A stretch of 64,000 nucleotides of DNA. Source: Candidatus Sericytochromatia bacterium (lineage in GTDB: Bacteria > Cyanobacteriota > Sericytochromatia > S15B-MN24 > JAQBPE01). The notes below the pieces were generated by a model that was not told where the DNA came from, did no database searches, and saw nothing but the letters and a program-made list of their open reading frames with translations. Location of the stretch: assembly GCA_035285125.1 (NCBI GenBank), contig JAYKHR010000026.1:47837-111836 (forward strand). The letters are read 5' to 3'. This document shows, piece after piece, positions 55,114 through 64,000 of the stretch. Each line of letters opens with the position of its first letter. The first letter of the stretch is position 1. The position numbers and the translations under genes were made by a program.

Positions 55114-55258
55114 GCGGCGCTCCCTCGTCTGACGGCCAGCCGCGACACGCGGCTTGGACTTTCCCTGAACCGATGGTGTAGATTATGCACCATCCAGCGC
55201 CCGACTGCGGCTCGGCAGGCCTGCTCCCGGCCCGGCGGTGGCGACTCGGAGAACTCAC

Positions 55259-56875
55259 GTGCGCATCAGCCCCTCCCAGCTCACCATCCGGGAACTGATC
55301 GGTCAGCTGCTCATGCCGAAGCTGCCCGACACGGCGGAGCTCGCAGACCCGGCCGTCTGGCAACGCGTCGTGGACGACCAGGCCCGCTTCCACTACGGGG
55401 GTTACATCGTGTTCCGGGGTGACTGGCGCACCACGCCGCCCCTGCTGGAGGAGCTGCAAGACCTCAGCGAGGTGCCCCTGTTGATCGGCTCCGACCTGGA
55501 GCGTGGTGCCGGGCAGCAGTTCGTCGGCGCCACCGATTTCCCCCATGGCATGGCGCTGGGGGCTGCGCGGGATCCGGACCTGGCCTACCAGCAGGGCGCC
55601 ATCACCGCGCTGGAGGCCCGGAGGGCAGGGGTGCACTGGGTCTTCGCGCCTTCGCTGGACCTCGTCTCGCTGCCGAACAACCCCATCATCAACGTGCGGG
55701 GCATCAGCGACGTGCCGCGCGCCGTCGGCCAGCTGGGGGCAGCCTTCATCGAGGGGGTCCAGCGGCACCGCGCCATCGCCTGCGGGAAGCACTTCCCGGG
55801 CCACGGGCAGACGGGCGTCGACTCGCACGACGACCTACCCGTGCTGCACGTCTCCAGGCACCGTTTGGAAACCGAAGACTTGATGCCCTTTCGGCACGCC
55901 ATCCAGGCCGGGCTGAAGTCGGTGATGGTCGGACACCTCGCCGTGCCGGCCCTCGACGAGACGGGGCTGCCCGCCACGATGTCCAAGCGCATCGTCACGG
56001 ACCTGCTGCGCGACCAGCTCGGTTTCAACGGCCTGATCATCACGGACGCCCTCGATATGGGCGCCATCACCCGACGCTACGACCCTGGCCTGGCCGCCGT
56101 GCGCGCCTTGCAGGCGGGGGTCGACGTGCTGCTGATGCCGCCTGACCCGGAGGCCGTCGTCGAGGCCGTCCTGCGCGCCCTCGAGGAGGGCGGCCTGACC
56201 AAGCAGCGGTTGCTCGAGTCTGCCGAGCGGATCGACCAGGCCCGCCTCGAGCTCGGCCTGTGGCGCTACGGTGACGAGGACGAGCCGATGCCGGTGGCCT
56301 GGCCCGACTATGCCCCGGCCGTCGCGGCGATCGCCGATGCGGCTGTGACCTTGGTGGAAGACCCGGGTGGCCTGCTGCCGCTCCCGGACGGGGGCTCGGT
56401 GTGCGCCTTGCTGCTCGACGACGATGACGACGCGCGGGTCCAGGCCGACTGGCGGCGCGTGCTCGGGGAGCTCGGGGGCCCCTTCACGGAGCTTCGCGTG
56501 GGGGCGCTCGGCAGCGCGTCAGACGAGGCGGCCGTCGCAGCCGCCTGCCGGGAGGCCGCGCGGTGTGAGGTGGTCGTGGTGCCGGTCTTCATGGCCGTGC
56601 GGGCTTGGAAGAACAGGGTGACGCTGCCGCCGCTGCTGGCCTCGGTCCCCGCCCGGCTGAAGGCCGCTGGCGCCCGCGTCGTGGTGGTGTCGTTCACGAG
56701 CCCCTTCCTGCACGACCAGCTCGCGGCGGCGGATGCCTACGTCTGTGCCTACTCGCCGAACGTGCACTGCCAGCGGGCGGCCGTCCAGGCCCTCTGGGGC
56801 CGCCAGCGGTTCGCCGGGCGCCTGCCTGTCGCCCTGCCCGAGCCTGAGCCTGAGAATGCCCTGCCGTCGGCCTGA
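55259..56875 (+). CDS. nagZ: beta-N-acetylglucosaminidase (GH3, two-domain)
   Basis: DLERG, KHFPGHG..VDSH, ITDALDMGA; no signal peptide. Confidence 0.9.
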   Translation: MRISPSQLTIRELIGQLLMPKLPDTAELADPAVWQRVVDDQARFHYGGYIVFRGDWRTTPPLLEELQDLSEVPLLIGSDLERGAGQQFVGATDFPHGMALGAARDPDLAYQQGAITALEARRAGVHWVFAPSLDLVSLPNNPIINVRGISDVPRAVGQLGAAFIEGVQRHRAIACGKHFPGHGQTGVDSHDDLPVLHVSRHRLETEDLMPFRHAIQAGLKSVMVGHLAVPALDETGLPATMSKRIVTDLLRDQLGFNGLIITDALDMGAITRRYDPGLAAVRALQAGVDVLLMPPDPEAVVEAVLRALEEGGLTKQRLLESAERIDQARLELGLWRYGDEDEPMPVAWPDYAPAVAAIADAAVTLVEDPGGLLPLPDGGSVCALLLDDDDDARVQADWRRVLGELGGPFTELRVGALGSASDEAAVAAACREAARCEVVVVPVFMAVRAWKNRVTLPPLLASVPARLKAAGARVVVVSFTSPFLHDQLAAADAYVCAYSPNVHCQRAAVQALWGRQRFAGRLPVALPEPEPENALPSA

Positions 56876-56992
56876 CCGGGGCGGCCGGCAGGGCGGCCGG
56901 TGCTTGCCCTCCCGCCCCGCCGGCGCCTATAATGGCAGACCGCCCCGCCCTGCCGCGGCCTGCCCGGGAGGCGCTCGCCTCCGGTCCCCCCG

Positions 56993-58297
56993 ATGAGTTC
57001 TTCGCCCCGCCGTCGGGCCCGTCGTCGCGGGCCAGGCCTCAAAGAATATTTGATCGCGCTGGTCGTCACCGTGGTGACGGGCCTGGGGGTCGGCGTGCTC
57101 GTCGGCGAAATCTATGCCCCCACGGGAGCCCCCGATGCCGCGGACCCGACGGCCCAGGCCCCGTCCGGCAGCGCCTCCGACGGAGGCTTCTCGCTGGTGC
57201 CCAGGCTCTCCGCGCCGATGAACGTGCTCGTGATGGCCACGGACGTCACCTACACCTACAAGGGGGGGCGGCGCGTCCTGGGGCTGACGGGCAACACCGA
57301 CACGATGGTGCTGGCCCGGTTCGACCCGGCCAACGGGCAGGTCCGGGCCCTGTCCATTCCGCGCGACACCCGCGTGCCCATCCCGGACCACGGCATCTTC
57401 AAGATCAACGCGGCCAACCCGTATGGCGGGCCCGCGCTCTCGGCGCGGGTGGTGGCCGACTTCCTCGGCGTTCAGGTCGACCGGTACGTGTTGCTGAATA
57501 CCCGGGCCGTCGTGCTCATCGTCGACGCCCTCGGGGGCATCGACCTGTTCGTGCCGAAGCGGATGTACTACAACGACTGGTCGGGCGGCCTGCACATCAA
57601 CCTCCAGAAGGGCTGGAACCACCTCGACGGCCAGCAGGCCCACAACTTCCTGCGGTTCCGGCACGACGAGCTCGGGGACATCGGCCGCGTGCAACGGCAG
57701 CAGGCCTTCGTGCAGGCCGTGATGAAGACCTTCCTCACGCCCGTCAACCTGATGAAGACGCCCCAGTTGCTCGAGGTCGCCAAGGAGAACCTGGAGACCA
57801 ACCTCACGAGCGACGAGTTGCTCCGCCTCGTCACGATGGGCAAGGACCTCGATCGCGACCGCGTCCAGCTTGCGATGGTGCCCGGCGTCGCGACGAGCAT
57901 CGACGGCGTGAGCTACTGGGTGGCGGACGAGGCGGCCAAGCAGCGGGTGGTGGATCGCTTCCTGCTGGCCCAGCAAGCCGGCGAGGCCCGGGCGCCCTCC
58001 GCTTACCGCATCGCCATCCGGGATGGCGTGGGCGATCGTGACGCCGTGCGGGCCCTGCGGGGCCGAGTGAGGCAGCTCGGCTACGGCAGCGTCGACCTGG
58101 ACGGCCTGGCCCCCCAGCTCGGCCTGGACGAGACCCAGATCATTGCCCAGAACGCCGACGTGGCGGGTGCCCAGCGCCTCGCGGAGGAGCTGGGCGTCGG
58201 CAAGGTCGTCGTCGCGGCCACCGGCAACATCTACGCGGACTACACCGTCGTGCTGGGGCGGGACTGGGCGCAACGCCCCCCCGCAAGCCCGCGCTGA
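56993..58297 (+). CDS. LCP (LytR-CpsA-Psr) family protein with LytR_C domain
   Basis: TM anchor, NTDTM, SIPRDT, KINAA, RFRHDELGDIGRVQRQQ, C-terminal VVLGRD. Confidence 0.92.
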   Translation: MSSSPRRRARRRGPGLKEYLIALVVTVVTGLGVGVLVGEIYAPTGAPDAADPTAQAPSGSASDGGFSLVPRLSAPMNVLVMATDVTYTYKGGRRVLGLTGNTDTMVLARFDPANGQVRALSIPRDTRVPIPDHGIFKINAANPYGGPALSARVVADFLGVQVDRYVLLNTRAVVLIVDALGGIDLFVPKRMYYNDWSGGLHINLQKGWNHLDGQQAHNFLRFRHDELGDIGRVQRQQAFVQAVMKTFLTPVNLMKTPQLLEVAKENLETNLTSDELLRLVTMGKDLDRDRVQLAMVPGVATSIDGVSYWVADEAAKQRVVDRFLLAQQAGEARAPSAYRIAIRDGVGDRDAVRALRGRVRQLGYGSVDLDGLAPQLGLDETQIIAQNADVAGAQRLAEELGVGKVVVAATGNIYADYTVVLGRDWAQRPPASPR

Positions 58298-58317
58298 GCG
58301 GTTCAGGAGGCCTGGGG

Positions 58318-58806
58318 ATGACGAGCCCGAAGAGCTGTTGGCTGATGATCGCGGCCATAGCGATCGCGCTGGCCGGGACCAGCCCGGCCTTGGCGGCCGG
58401 CGAGGTGGTGCTACCGCCGCAGGAAGTCGAGGCGATCGAGCGCAAGCTGGTGGAGGGCAAGCCCAACATCGCCACCGTCGCGATCGTGTCGTTCGTGTTT
58501 CCCGGCGCGGCGCAGGCGCAGATGGGGCACGTCGACCACACGCTGGCGCTTTGGGGGAGCTACCTGGCGGTGTACACGGGGGCCAAGGCCCTCATCCCCG
58601 ACGCGACCCTGAGCGCCGGGCAGCGCGTGAGCGACTGGATCGTGCTGGGGGCCTTCCTCACGATGGCGGGTGTGAGCGCCGTGGACGCCTACGTGCTGGC
58701 CCAGGGGCGCCGGGCTGGCACGGACGCCGTGCTCAACCGCTTGCTGGAGCGCCGGGGGCCCGTGGTGCCAGGGACGGCTGCCCCGATGGGCGCGCCCACG
58801 CGCTGA
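58318..58806 (+). CDS. hypothetical exported/membrane protein
   Basis: AGGAGG RBS, signal peptide ending ALA, SFVFPGAAQ TM2-like motif, hydrophobic helices. Confidence 0.65.
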   Translation: MTSPKSCWLMIAAIAIALAGTSPALAAGEVVLPPQEVEAIERKLVEGKPNIATVAIVSFVFPGAAQAQMGHVDHTLALWGSYLAVYTGAKALIPDATLSAGQRVSDWIVLGAFLTMAGVSAVDAYVLAQGRRAGTDAVLNRLLERRGPVVPGTAAPMGAPTR

Positions 58807-58812
58807 GCCGCG

Positions 58813-60117
58813 TCAGCGCGCCACGCCCGGCAGGAACTTGTAGACCTTCTTCTTGGCCTGGTCGACGACGTAGAGGCGGCCGCCCGCATCGACCGTCACG
58901 GCCACCGGCTTCTCGAAGACGCCGGCGCCGACCTTGCCGATCAGGGTGCCCATCGGGTCGTAGACGGTCACGGCCTGCTTGCCCTTGTCGACCACGACCA
59001 CGTGGCCATTGCGCGGGTCGACGGCCACGTCCACGGGCTCGGAGAAGGCCTCCTGGCTGTCCATGCCTCCGGCGCCAAATTCCAACGCCACCGTGCCGTC
59101 GAGCGTCACGCGGGCAACCTTTTGGCCCGTCACGACCCAGATGGCGTCGCGGCCCGCCGCCACGGCCCGGCAGTCGGCCAGCGCGCCGAGGGCCTGTCCG
59201 CCGTCGCCATCGGGGCCGAGCCGTGTCAGGCCGGAGGGTCCCGCCACGAGGAGCTGGCCCTGGCCGTCCAGGGCCACGTCCACCGCGTCCGTCGAGAGCT
59301 CCGTCTGCTTGTTCTTCTGGCCGTTGGCATCGAAGCGCCACAGCGTCTTGCCACCGTCCAGCACCACGGCGCGTCCCTGGGCGTCGAGTGCCAGGGCCGT
59401 GACGGTGTCCTTCATCTGCGCGAACCCCAGCCACTTGCTGTAGTCGCCGAACTTGCCCTGGAACGTCGCCGCCTCGGCGTCGTACTGCCGGATCACGCCG
59501 GTCTTCACGAAGGCCGCAGCGTTGCGATCGAGCACGAGCACCGCCGCCCCGCGCGCCGCCACTCCGACGGGGGCGAGCAGCGTGGCTGGTGGCTCACCGA
59601 GCCGGCCGAGCTCCTTGTCCAGCACGTAGGACACGCTGGTGATCCCCGTGGGGCCAAGGCCCGGCACCATCATCAGCGCAGGCACCTCTGCCGCCTCGCC
59701 TGGCATCACGAGGGAGCCTGCGGGCGTGGCCTGGCTCAGCCCCTGGCTCATCGCCTTGAAGGTGTAGTTGCCACCCGCGAGGCCCGAGAAGTTGAAGGTG
59801 CCCGTCGCATCCGTGACGGCCCTCTGGCCGCCTGGCTCCGCCACCACCGTCGCGCCGGCCACCGGCTGCTTGTTGTCCTGTCGCAGCACCAGGCCGCGGG
59901 CCGTGCCGACGCCGGCGGCCACCATGGCCACCGCAGGGAGCCTGGCGCCGGTGGACGGTGCGGCGGCCTGGCCCGGAACGGTAGGGGCGTTGCGCGTGGC
60001 CTTGCTGAGGGCGGGGGCCGGCCTGGCGGGCTGCGCCGGGCTCACGCGACCGCAGCCCGTCGCCGTCAGGGTGGCGGCCACGAGGCTGGCGATAGGCAGG
60101 ATTGGCAGCAGGCGCAT
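58813..60117 (-). CDS. lipoprotein with carboxypeptidase-regulatory-like domain and NHL beta-propeller
   Basis: ATGC lipobox, PVAGATV..TDATGTF, repeated PVDVAVD..GHVVVVD motifs. Confidence 0.82.
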   Translation of the reverse strand: MRLLPILPIASLVAATLTATGCGRVSPAQPARPAPALSKATRNAPTVPGQAAAPSTGARLPAVAMVAAGVGTARGLVLRQDNKQPVAGATVVAEPGGQRAVTDATGTFNFSGLAGGNYTFKAMSQGLSQATPAGSLVMPGEAAEVPALMMVPGLGPTGITSVSYVLDKELGRLGEPPATLLAPVGVAARGAAVLVLDRNAAAFVKTGVIRQYDAEAATFQGKFGDYSKWLGFAQMKDTVTALALDAQGRAVVLDGGKTLWRFDANGQKNKQTELSTDAVDVALDGQGQLLVAGPSGLTRLGPDGDGGQALGALADCRAVAAGRDAIWVVTGQKVARVTLDGTVALEFGAGGMDSQEAFSEPVDVAVDPRNGHVVVVDKGKQAVTVYDPMGTLIGKVGAGVFEKPVAVTVDAGGRLYVVDQAKKKVYKFLPGVAR

Positions 60118-60352
60118 GGGGGAGTCTCCGGACAGGACCGAAGGTTTTATCGGGGGCGTGGTTCGCGGCCTTGTCGCGGAGAGGTTGTGACGCGTTTAAG
60201 TCTTTTGCAAGGTTTCCCTATGTCGGGCTTGCGGCAACCTCGCCCCCATTTTATTGTCGGCTTAACCTTCTGCCCGCGCGTTTGGAACCGGCCCGCATCC
60301 TCACGGCAGCGATGCCAACCCTCAGCCAGCCGGTCTTGACGAGGAGTTTGAG

Positions 60353-61396
60353 ATGACGTCGTTGCGGATTGCCACCCCGCTTGCCCAGCAGGTCCTGCGC
60401 AGGGCCCCCGCGGTCCAGCTTCGCCGGGAGGCGCTGGAGGTCGCGGGCGCGGCACTCGTCGAGAGCGCCGCGACGCGCCGGGGGAGGGCACTCGAGGGGA
60501 TCAGGCGGTTCCTCGCGGCCGAAGCGGCCCTGCCGCTTCAGGACGGCAGCCGCAGCCAGCTGCTGGCGCACGCGACGCCGACAGGCAAGGGCACCGTCGT
60601 GCTCCTGCACGGCTGGTCCTCGGGCACCTACCAGTACGACCAGCTGGGCCCCAAGCTGTTCGGGCTCGGCTTCGACGTGTTCATCCCCCGGCTGCCAGGC
60701 CACGGCTTCAAGACGGCGGCCGGCGTGGCTGACCCGTCCCACCTTCCCCGGGCTGGGCAGCGACGCCAGTACCGCGACTACGCCGACGAGGTGATGGCGC
60801 TGGTGGGGGGGCTCGGGGGCCCCATCCACGTGGCTGGCCTGTCGGGAGGCGGCAACATCGCGCTGGACATCCGCAACCGCTACCCGGTGACCAGCGTCCT
60901 CGCCATGGCGCCTTACCTGGCCGCGGCGGACGGGCGGGCGCGCGGCGGCCACAACGTGATGGCCTTCTTCGACACGTTGACCTTCGGCCAGGCCTCGCGG
61001 CTGCTGGACCTCGTCAAGCATGACTGGGGCACGCGCAAGGGTGGGGCTGCGCCCGGCCACTGGCACCACACCGTCGGCAACATCTACGCGGTGTCTCGCC
61101 ATGGCGATCGCGTCATCTCGGAGCTCCGGCCGGACGGTCCACCCATCCAGTTCATCACCACGGCCGTCGACCGCGCGGCCTCGAACGACACGATTGGTCG
61201 CGCCTTCCGGCGAGCCGGGGGCGACAGCGTGAACGGCTGGTACCAGTTCCCCGTCGAGGAGGGCGTGCCGCACCCGATGCTCAGCCCCGTGACGAACCCC
61301 AAGCCGGAGTCCATCACGCGCCTGAACGACGTCATCGCCGGGTTCTTCGACACCGGGCGGGCCGTCGACAGGGGGACGGCCCCCACCTCTCGCTGA
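60353..61396 (+). CDS. alpha/beta hydrolase (esterase/lysophospholipase-like)
   Basis: VLLHGW, PRLPGHG, GLSGGG nucleophile elbow, D and H triad candidates; GAGGAG RBS. Confidence 0.85.
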   Translation: MTSLRIATPLAQQVLRRAPAVQLRREALEVAGAALVESAATRRGRALEGIRRFLAAEAALPLQDGSRSQLLAHATPTGKGTVVLLHGWSSGTYQYDQLGPKLFGLGFDVFIPRLPGHGFKTAAGVADPSHLPRAGQRRQYRDYADEVMALVGGLGGPIHVAGLSGGGNIALDIRNRYPVTSVLAMAPYLAAADGRARGGHNVMAFFDTLTFGQASRLLDLVKHDWGTRKGGAAPGHWHHTVGNIYAVSRHGDRVISELRPDGPPIQFITTAVDRAASNDTIGRAFRRAGGDSVNGWYQFPVEEGVPHPMLSPVTNPKPESITRLNDVIAGFFDTGRAVDRGTAPTSR

Positions 61397-61399
61397 GGG

Positions 61400-62434
61400 T
61401 CAGCCGTCGGGCGGTTCCCCATCTCGGGGAGGCGCCAGCCGGGAGACCCCTCGGTCGAGGCCCCGCACGGCCGCGACAAAGGCGCCCGAGGCCCCCTTCA
61501 CCACGCCCGCCAGGACCCGCTGAGGCAGGGCCACGGCGAGGGTGTAGCCCCAGGAACCCAGGCGGTCGAAGGTGCGCATCAGGGCGTTGTAGGCGCGGTA
61601 CTCGGCGCTCTCCCGGGCCTGGGCCACGCGCTCCCGCACGGCCCCGGCGTTGCGCCCGAGCGAGGAGTCCTGAAGCGTCTGCCGCACGTCCGCGCGGGCC
61701 TCTTGAAGCTCCCGCCAGAAGTCGAAGGCGCGAGCGTCCGGGGCTTGATGCGCCATCGCCACGGACGAGGCCGCGAAGGTCCGGGCCATCTCGTCCAGGA
61801 TGCGCGGGTCTGCCCGCTTGACCTCGGTCTGCAGGTAGAGCGCATGGCCCTTGCCGAGCGCGCTCGCGCCGTAGATCACACAGGCCCCAGCCACGGCGGT
61901 CTTGCCGCTGGGGATGTAGTAGAGGTAAAAGGCGACGGCCTCCTGGCCGCTGCCGAACATCAACTCCTCTTGCTGCAGCAGCGGTCGTGGGATGATGTCC
62001 CGCAGCACCCGGTCGTGCGTGACGTCGCCGGGTCGGAGCTCGAAGCCGGTCGGGTCAGAGGTGGCGCCGGGCAGCGGATCGAGGACCTTCACGTGTCGGC
62101 CGACGGGCGTCTGGGCAAGTTGCGGGGCGAAGCCGGCGCGCCACTGGATGTTGTCCACCGTGAAGTTGAGCACGCGCGCCTCGCGCGTCGCGCGCTGGAT
62201 GACCAGGGCATCCGTGTGCCCGTCGCCCCGGTGCATCAGCGGCCGGGAGGGCAGCGCCCCCGTTCGGCCGTAGGCTGACGTGACGATGCCGTCGGCTGCC
62301 GGCACCAGCGCGTCCAACTCGTCCGGGTTCAGCCGCTGGGTCGGTGGGCCGGGCCGGAGGGGCCGGTCACCGTCCGCCCGGCTCGTCCACGTGGGCCGTG
62401 GCTTGTCGTCAGGCGGCTTGCGGCCGTCTTCCAC
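61400..62434 (-). CDS. hypothetical protein
   Basis: GGAGGAGG RBS + GTG; long GC3-biased ORF downstream of the AAA gene. Confidence 0.7.
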   Translation of the reverse strand: MEDGRKPPDDKPRPTWTSRADGDRPLRPGPPTQRLNPDELDALVPAADGIVTSAYGRTGALPSRPLMHRGDGHTDALVIQRATREARVLNFTVDNIQWRAGFAPQLAQTPVGRHVKVLDPLPGATSDPTGFELRPGDVTHDRVLRDIIPRPLLQQEELMFGSGQEAVAFYLYYIPSGKTAVAGACVIYGASALGKGHALYLQTEVKRADPRILDEMARTFAASSVAMAHQAPDARAFDFWRELQEARADVRQTLQDSSLGRNAGAVRERVAQARESAEYRAYNALMRTFDRLGSWGYTLAVALPQRVLAGVVKGASGAFVAAVRGLDRGVSRLAPPRDGEPPDG

Positions 62435-62470
62435 GTGGTCCTCCTCCCGGTGACGGGGCCAGGGGGCAGC

Positions 62471-64000
62471 TCATCCGGCCTTATACCCGCTGCCGGACGA
62501 CGGGTCGCCGTCGGCATCGGGCGGCGCCTCCGGCAGGCTGAGTCGCCCGCGCTGCTCCTCGGGCGAGGCCGGCCGCGCCCGCCCCGTGGCGGCCCAGTGC
62601 TTGAGGCGATCCACCTGCTCCTGCGCGGTGCGCGACAGCGGCACGCTGGCCCGCAGCACGGCGACGATGTCGTCAGTGGTGAACTCCCGCTCCTGGGCGA
62701 AGGCCTCGTGCATGGCCTCCGTGATGGCTTGCGCGATCTCCGCGCCGGAGAAGCCAGCGGAGAGCGCCACCAGCCTGTCGAGCTGGAAGCTACGCAGCGT
62801 CGCCTCGCGGACTCGCCGCAGGTGCACCTCGAAGATCTCCCGGCGCTCCCGGTCGGTGGGCAACCCCACGAAGAAGATCTCGTCGAAGCGCCCCTTGCGA
62901 AGCAGCTCGGGGGGGAGCACGTCCACCTGGTTGGCCGTCGCGACGACGAACACGGGGCTGCGCTTCTCCTGCATCCAGGTGAGGAGCGTGGCGAGAACGC
63001 GCGCACTGGTGCCGGAGTCGCCGCCCCCCATGGCCCCTGCAAAGGCCTTGTCGAGCTCGTCGACCCACAGCACGGCCGGGGCCATCGCCTCGGCCAGTCG
63101 GACCATCTCACGGGCGCGGCCTTCGCTCTCGCCCACCAGGCTGCCCATCAGGCGGCCGACATCCAGCCTGAGCAGCGGCAGCCGCCACTGCTGGGCGATT
63201 GCCCTCGCGCAGAGCGACTTGCCGGTGCCCTGGATGCCGACGAGCAAGACCCCGCGCGGGTTCGGCAGGCCGTAGCGGCGGGCACGCTCGGTGAAGGCCG
63301 CGGCCCGCAGGCCGAGCCAGGCCTTCAGGTGGTCGAGGCCCCCGATGTCGGCCATCCGGTCCTCGACGGGGCAGAACTCCAGCACCTCCGTCTGGCGGAT
63401 GGCCTGGCGCTTCTCCTCGAGGACCAGCGCGATGTCCCCTTCGTCGAGCACCCCGCCCCGGGCGATCGCCTTGGCGAGCACCTGACGGACGCGCTGCATC
63501 GTCAGGCCTTGGCACGCCTTCACGAGCGCCTCCCGCCCCGTGGCGTCGAGCCTGTTCTGCGCCTCTGGCACGGTTGCCGTCACCTCTCGGGCGACCTCTT
63601 CCCCGCTCGGCAAGGGGAAGTCCAGCACCGTCAGGTCCTCGGCCAGCTCGGGCGGTACGCGCAGCACGGGGGAGATCAGGACCACGGTCTTGCGCTCACT
63701 GCGCAGGCTGCGAGCCAGGTTGCGCAGCGTGCGCGCCACCTGGACCTGATCGAAAAAGCGGTGGAAGTCGAGCAAGATGAACACGCTGCGCTGTCCCGGC
63801 GGCCTGGAACGGACGAATTCCAGCGCCGCAAGGGGGTCGCCGCGACCAGCGTTGCCGGGCCGGAAGCCCTCGACCATGTCCCACACATGCACCTGCCGGG
63901 GGTGGGCGCCGCCCTCCGCGACCTGCCGCACAGCCTCCTCGGCGCGCTGTTCCTCGGGCGTGGGCACGAGGATCAGCGGGTACCGGGCTCGGATGAGCAG
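62471..64000 (-). CDS. Ycf46-like AAA ATPase (5' end outside the window)
   Basis: LLIRARYPLI at the window edge, IGGLDHLKAWL, GIQGTGKS, WVDELDK, LLTWMQEK, LRKGRFDEIFF. Confidence 0.9.
   Translation of the reverse strand: MLIRARYPLILVPTPEEQRAEEAVRQVAEGGAHPRQVHVWDMVEGFRPGNAGRGDPLAALEFVRSRPPGQRSVFILLDFHRFFDQVQVARTLRNLARSLRSERKTVVLISPVLRVPPELAEDLTVLDFPLPSGEEVAREVTATVPEAQNRLDATGREALVKACQGLTMQRVRQVLAKAIARGGVLDEGDIALVLEEKRQAIRQTEVLEFCPVEDRMADIGGLDHLKAWLGLRAAAFTERARRYGLPNPRGVLLVGIQGTGKSLCARAIAQQWRLPLLRLDVGRLMGSLVGESEGRAREMVRLAEAMAPAVLWVDELDKAFAGAMGGGDSGTSARVLATLLTWMQEKRSPVFVVATANQVDVLPPELLRKGRFDEIFFVGLPTDRERREIFEVHLRRVREATLRSFQLDRLVALSAGFSGAEIAQAITEAMHEAFAQEREFTTDDIVAVLRASVPLSRTAQEQVDRLKHWAATGRARPASPEEQRGRLSLPEAPPDADGDPSSGSGYKAG

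Overview
A GC-rich (visually ~70%) bacterial chromosomal segment of about 53 genes, mostly housekeeping and cell-envelope functions. It has one tRNA (Pro-CGG) and no recognisable integrase, transposase, prophage or CRISPR. The cyanobacterial/plastid-type ClpC N-terminus, Ycf46-like AAA, YlqD and ABC1 kinase, together with an unsplit dnaE and no photosynthesis genes in the window, suggest a non-photosynthetic Cyanobacteriota relative such as Sericytochromatia (inference only). Main points: (1) dnaE carries a 187-aa cis mini-intein at TYGT|CIYQEQ, while the classical cyanobacterial split-intein site is empty. (2) An HspR-like MerR repressor sits upstream of clpC, with HAIR-like operators at its own promoter and the clpB promoter. 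(3) A five-gene glycan cluster (ugd, cobalamin-type radical SAM, GT4, O-acyltransferase, flippase) is the best candidate for an undescribed pathway. (4) An AnmK-MurQ fusion lies divergent from nagZ and an LCP gene. (5) A PolX-PHP has lost its polymerase aspartates. (6) A ~170-nt structured RNA candidate lies between two AT-rich promoters upstream of a tiny Zn-ribbon gene. (7) An orphan FeoC-like gene is nested antisense in an aminopeptidase read-through tail. (8) There is a ~140-nt REPIN/MITE-like inverted-repeat element. All calls come from motif reading by eye; no searches were run.
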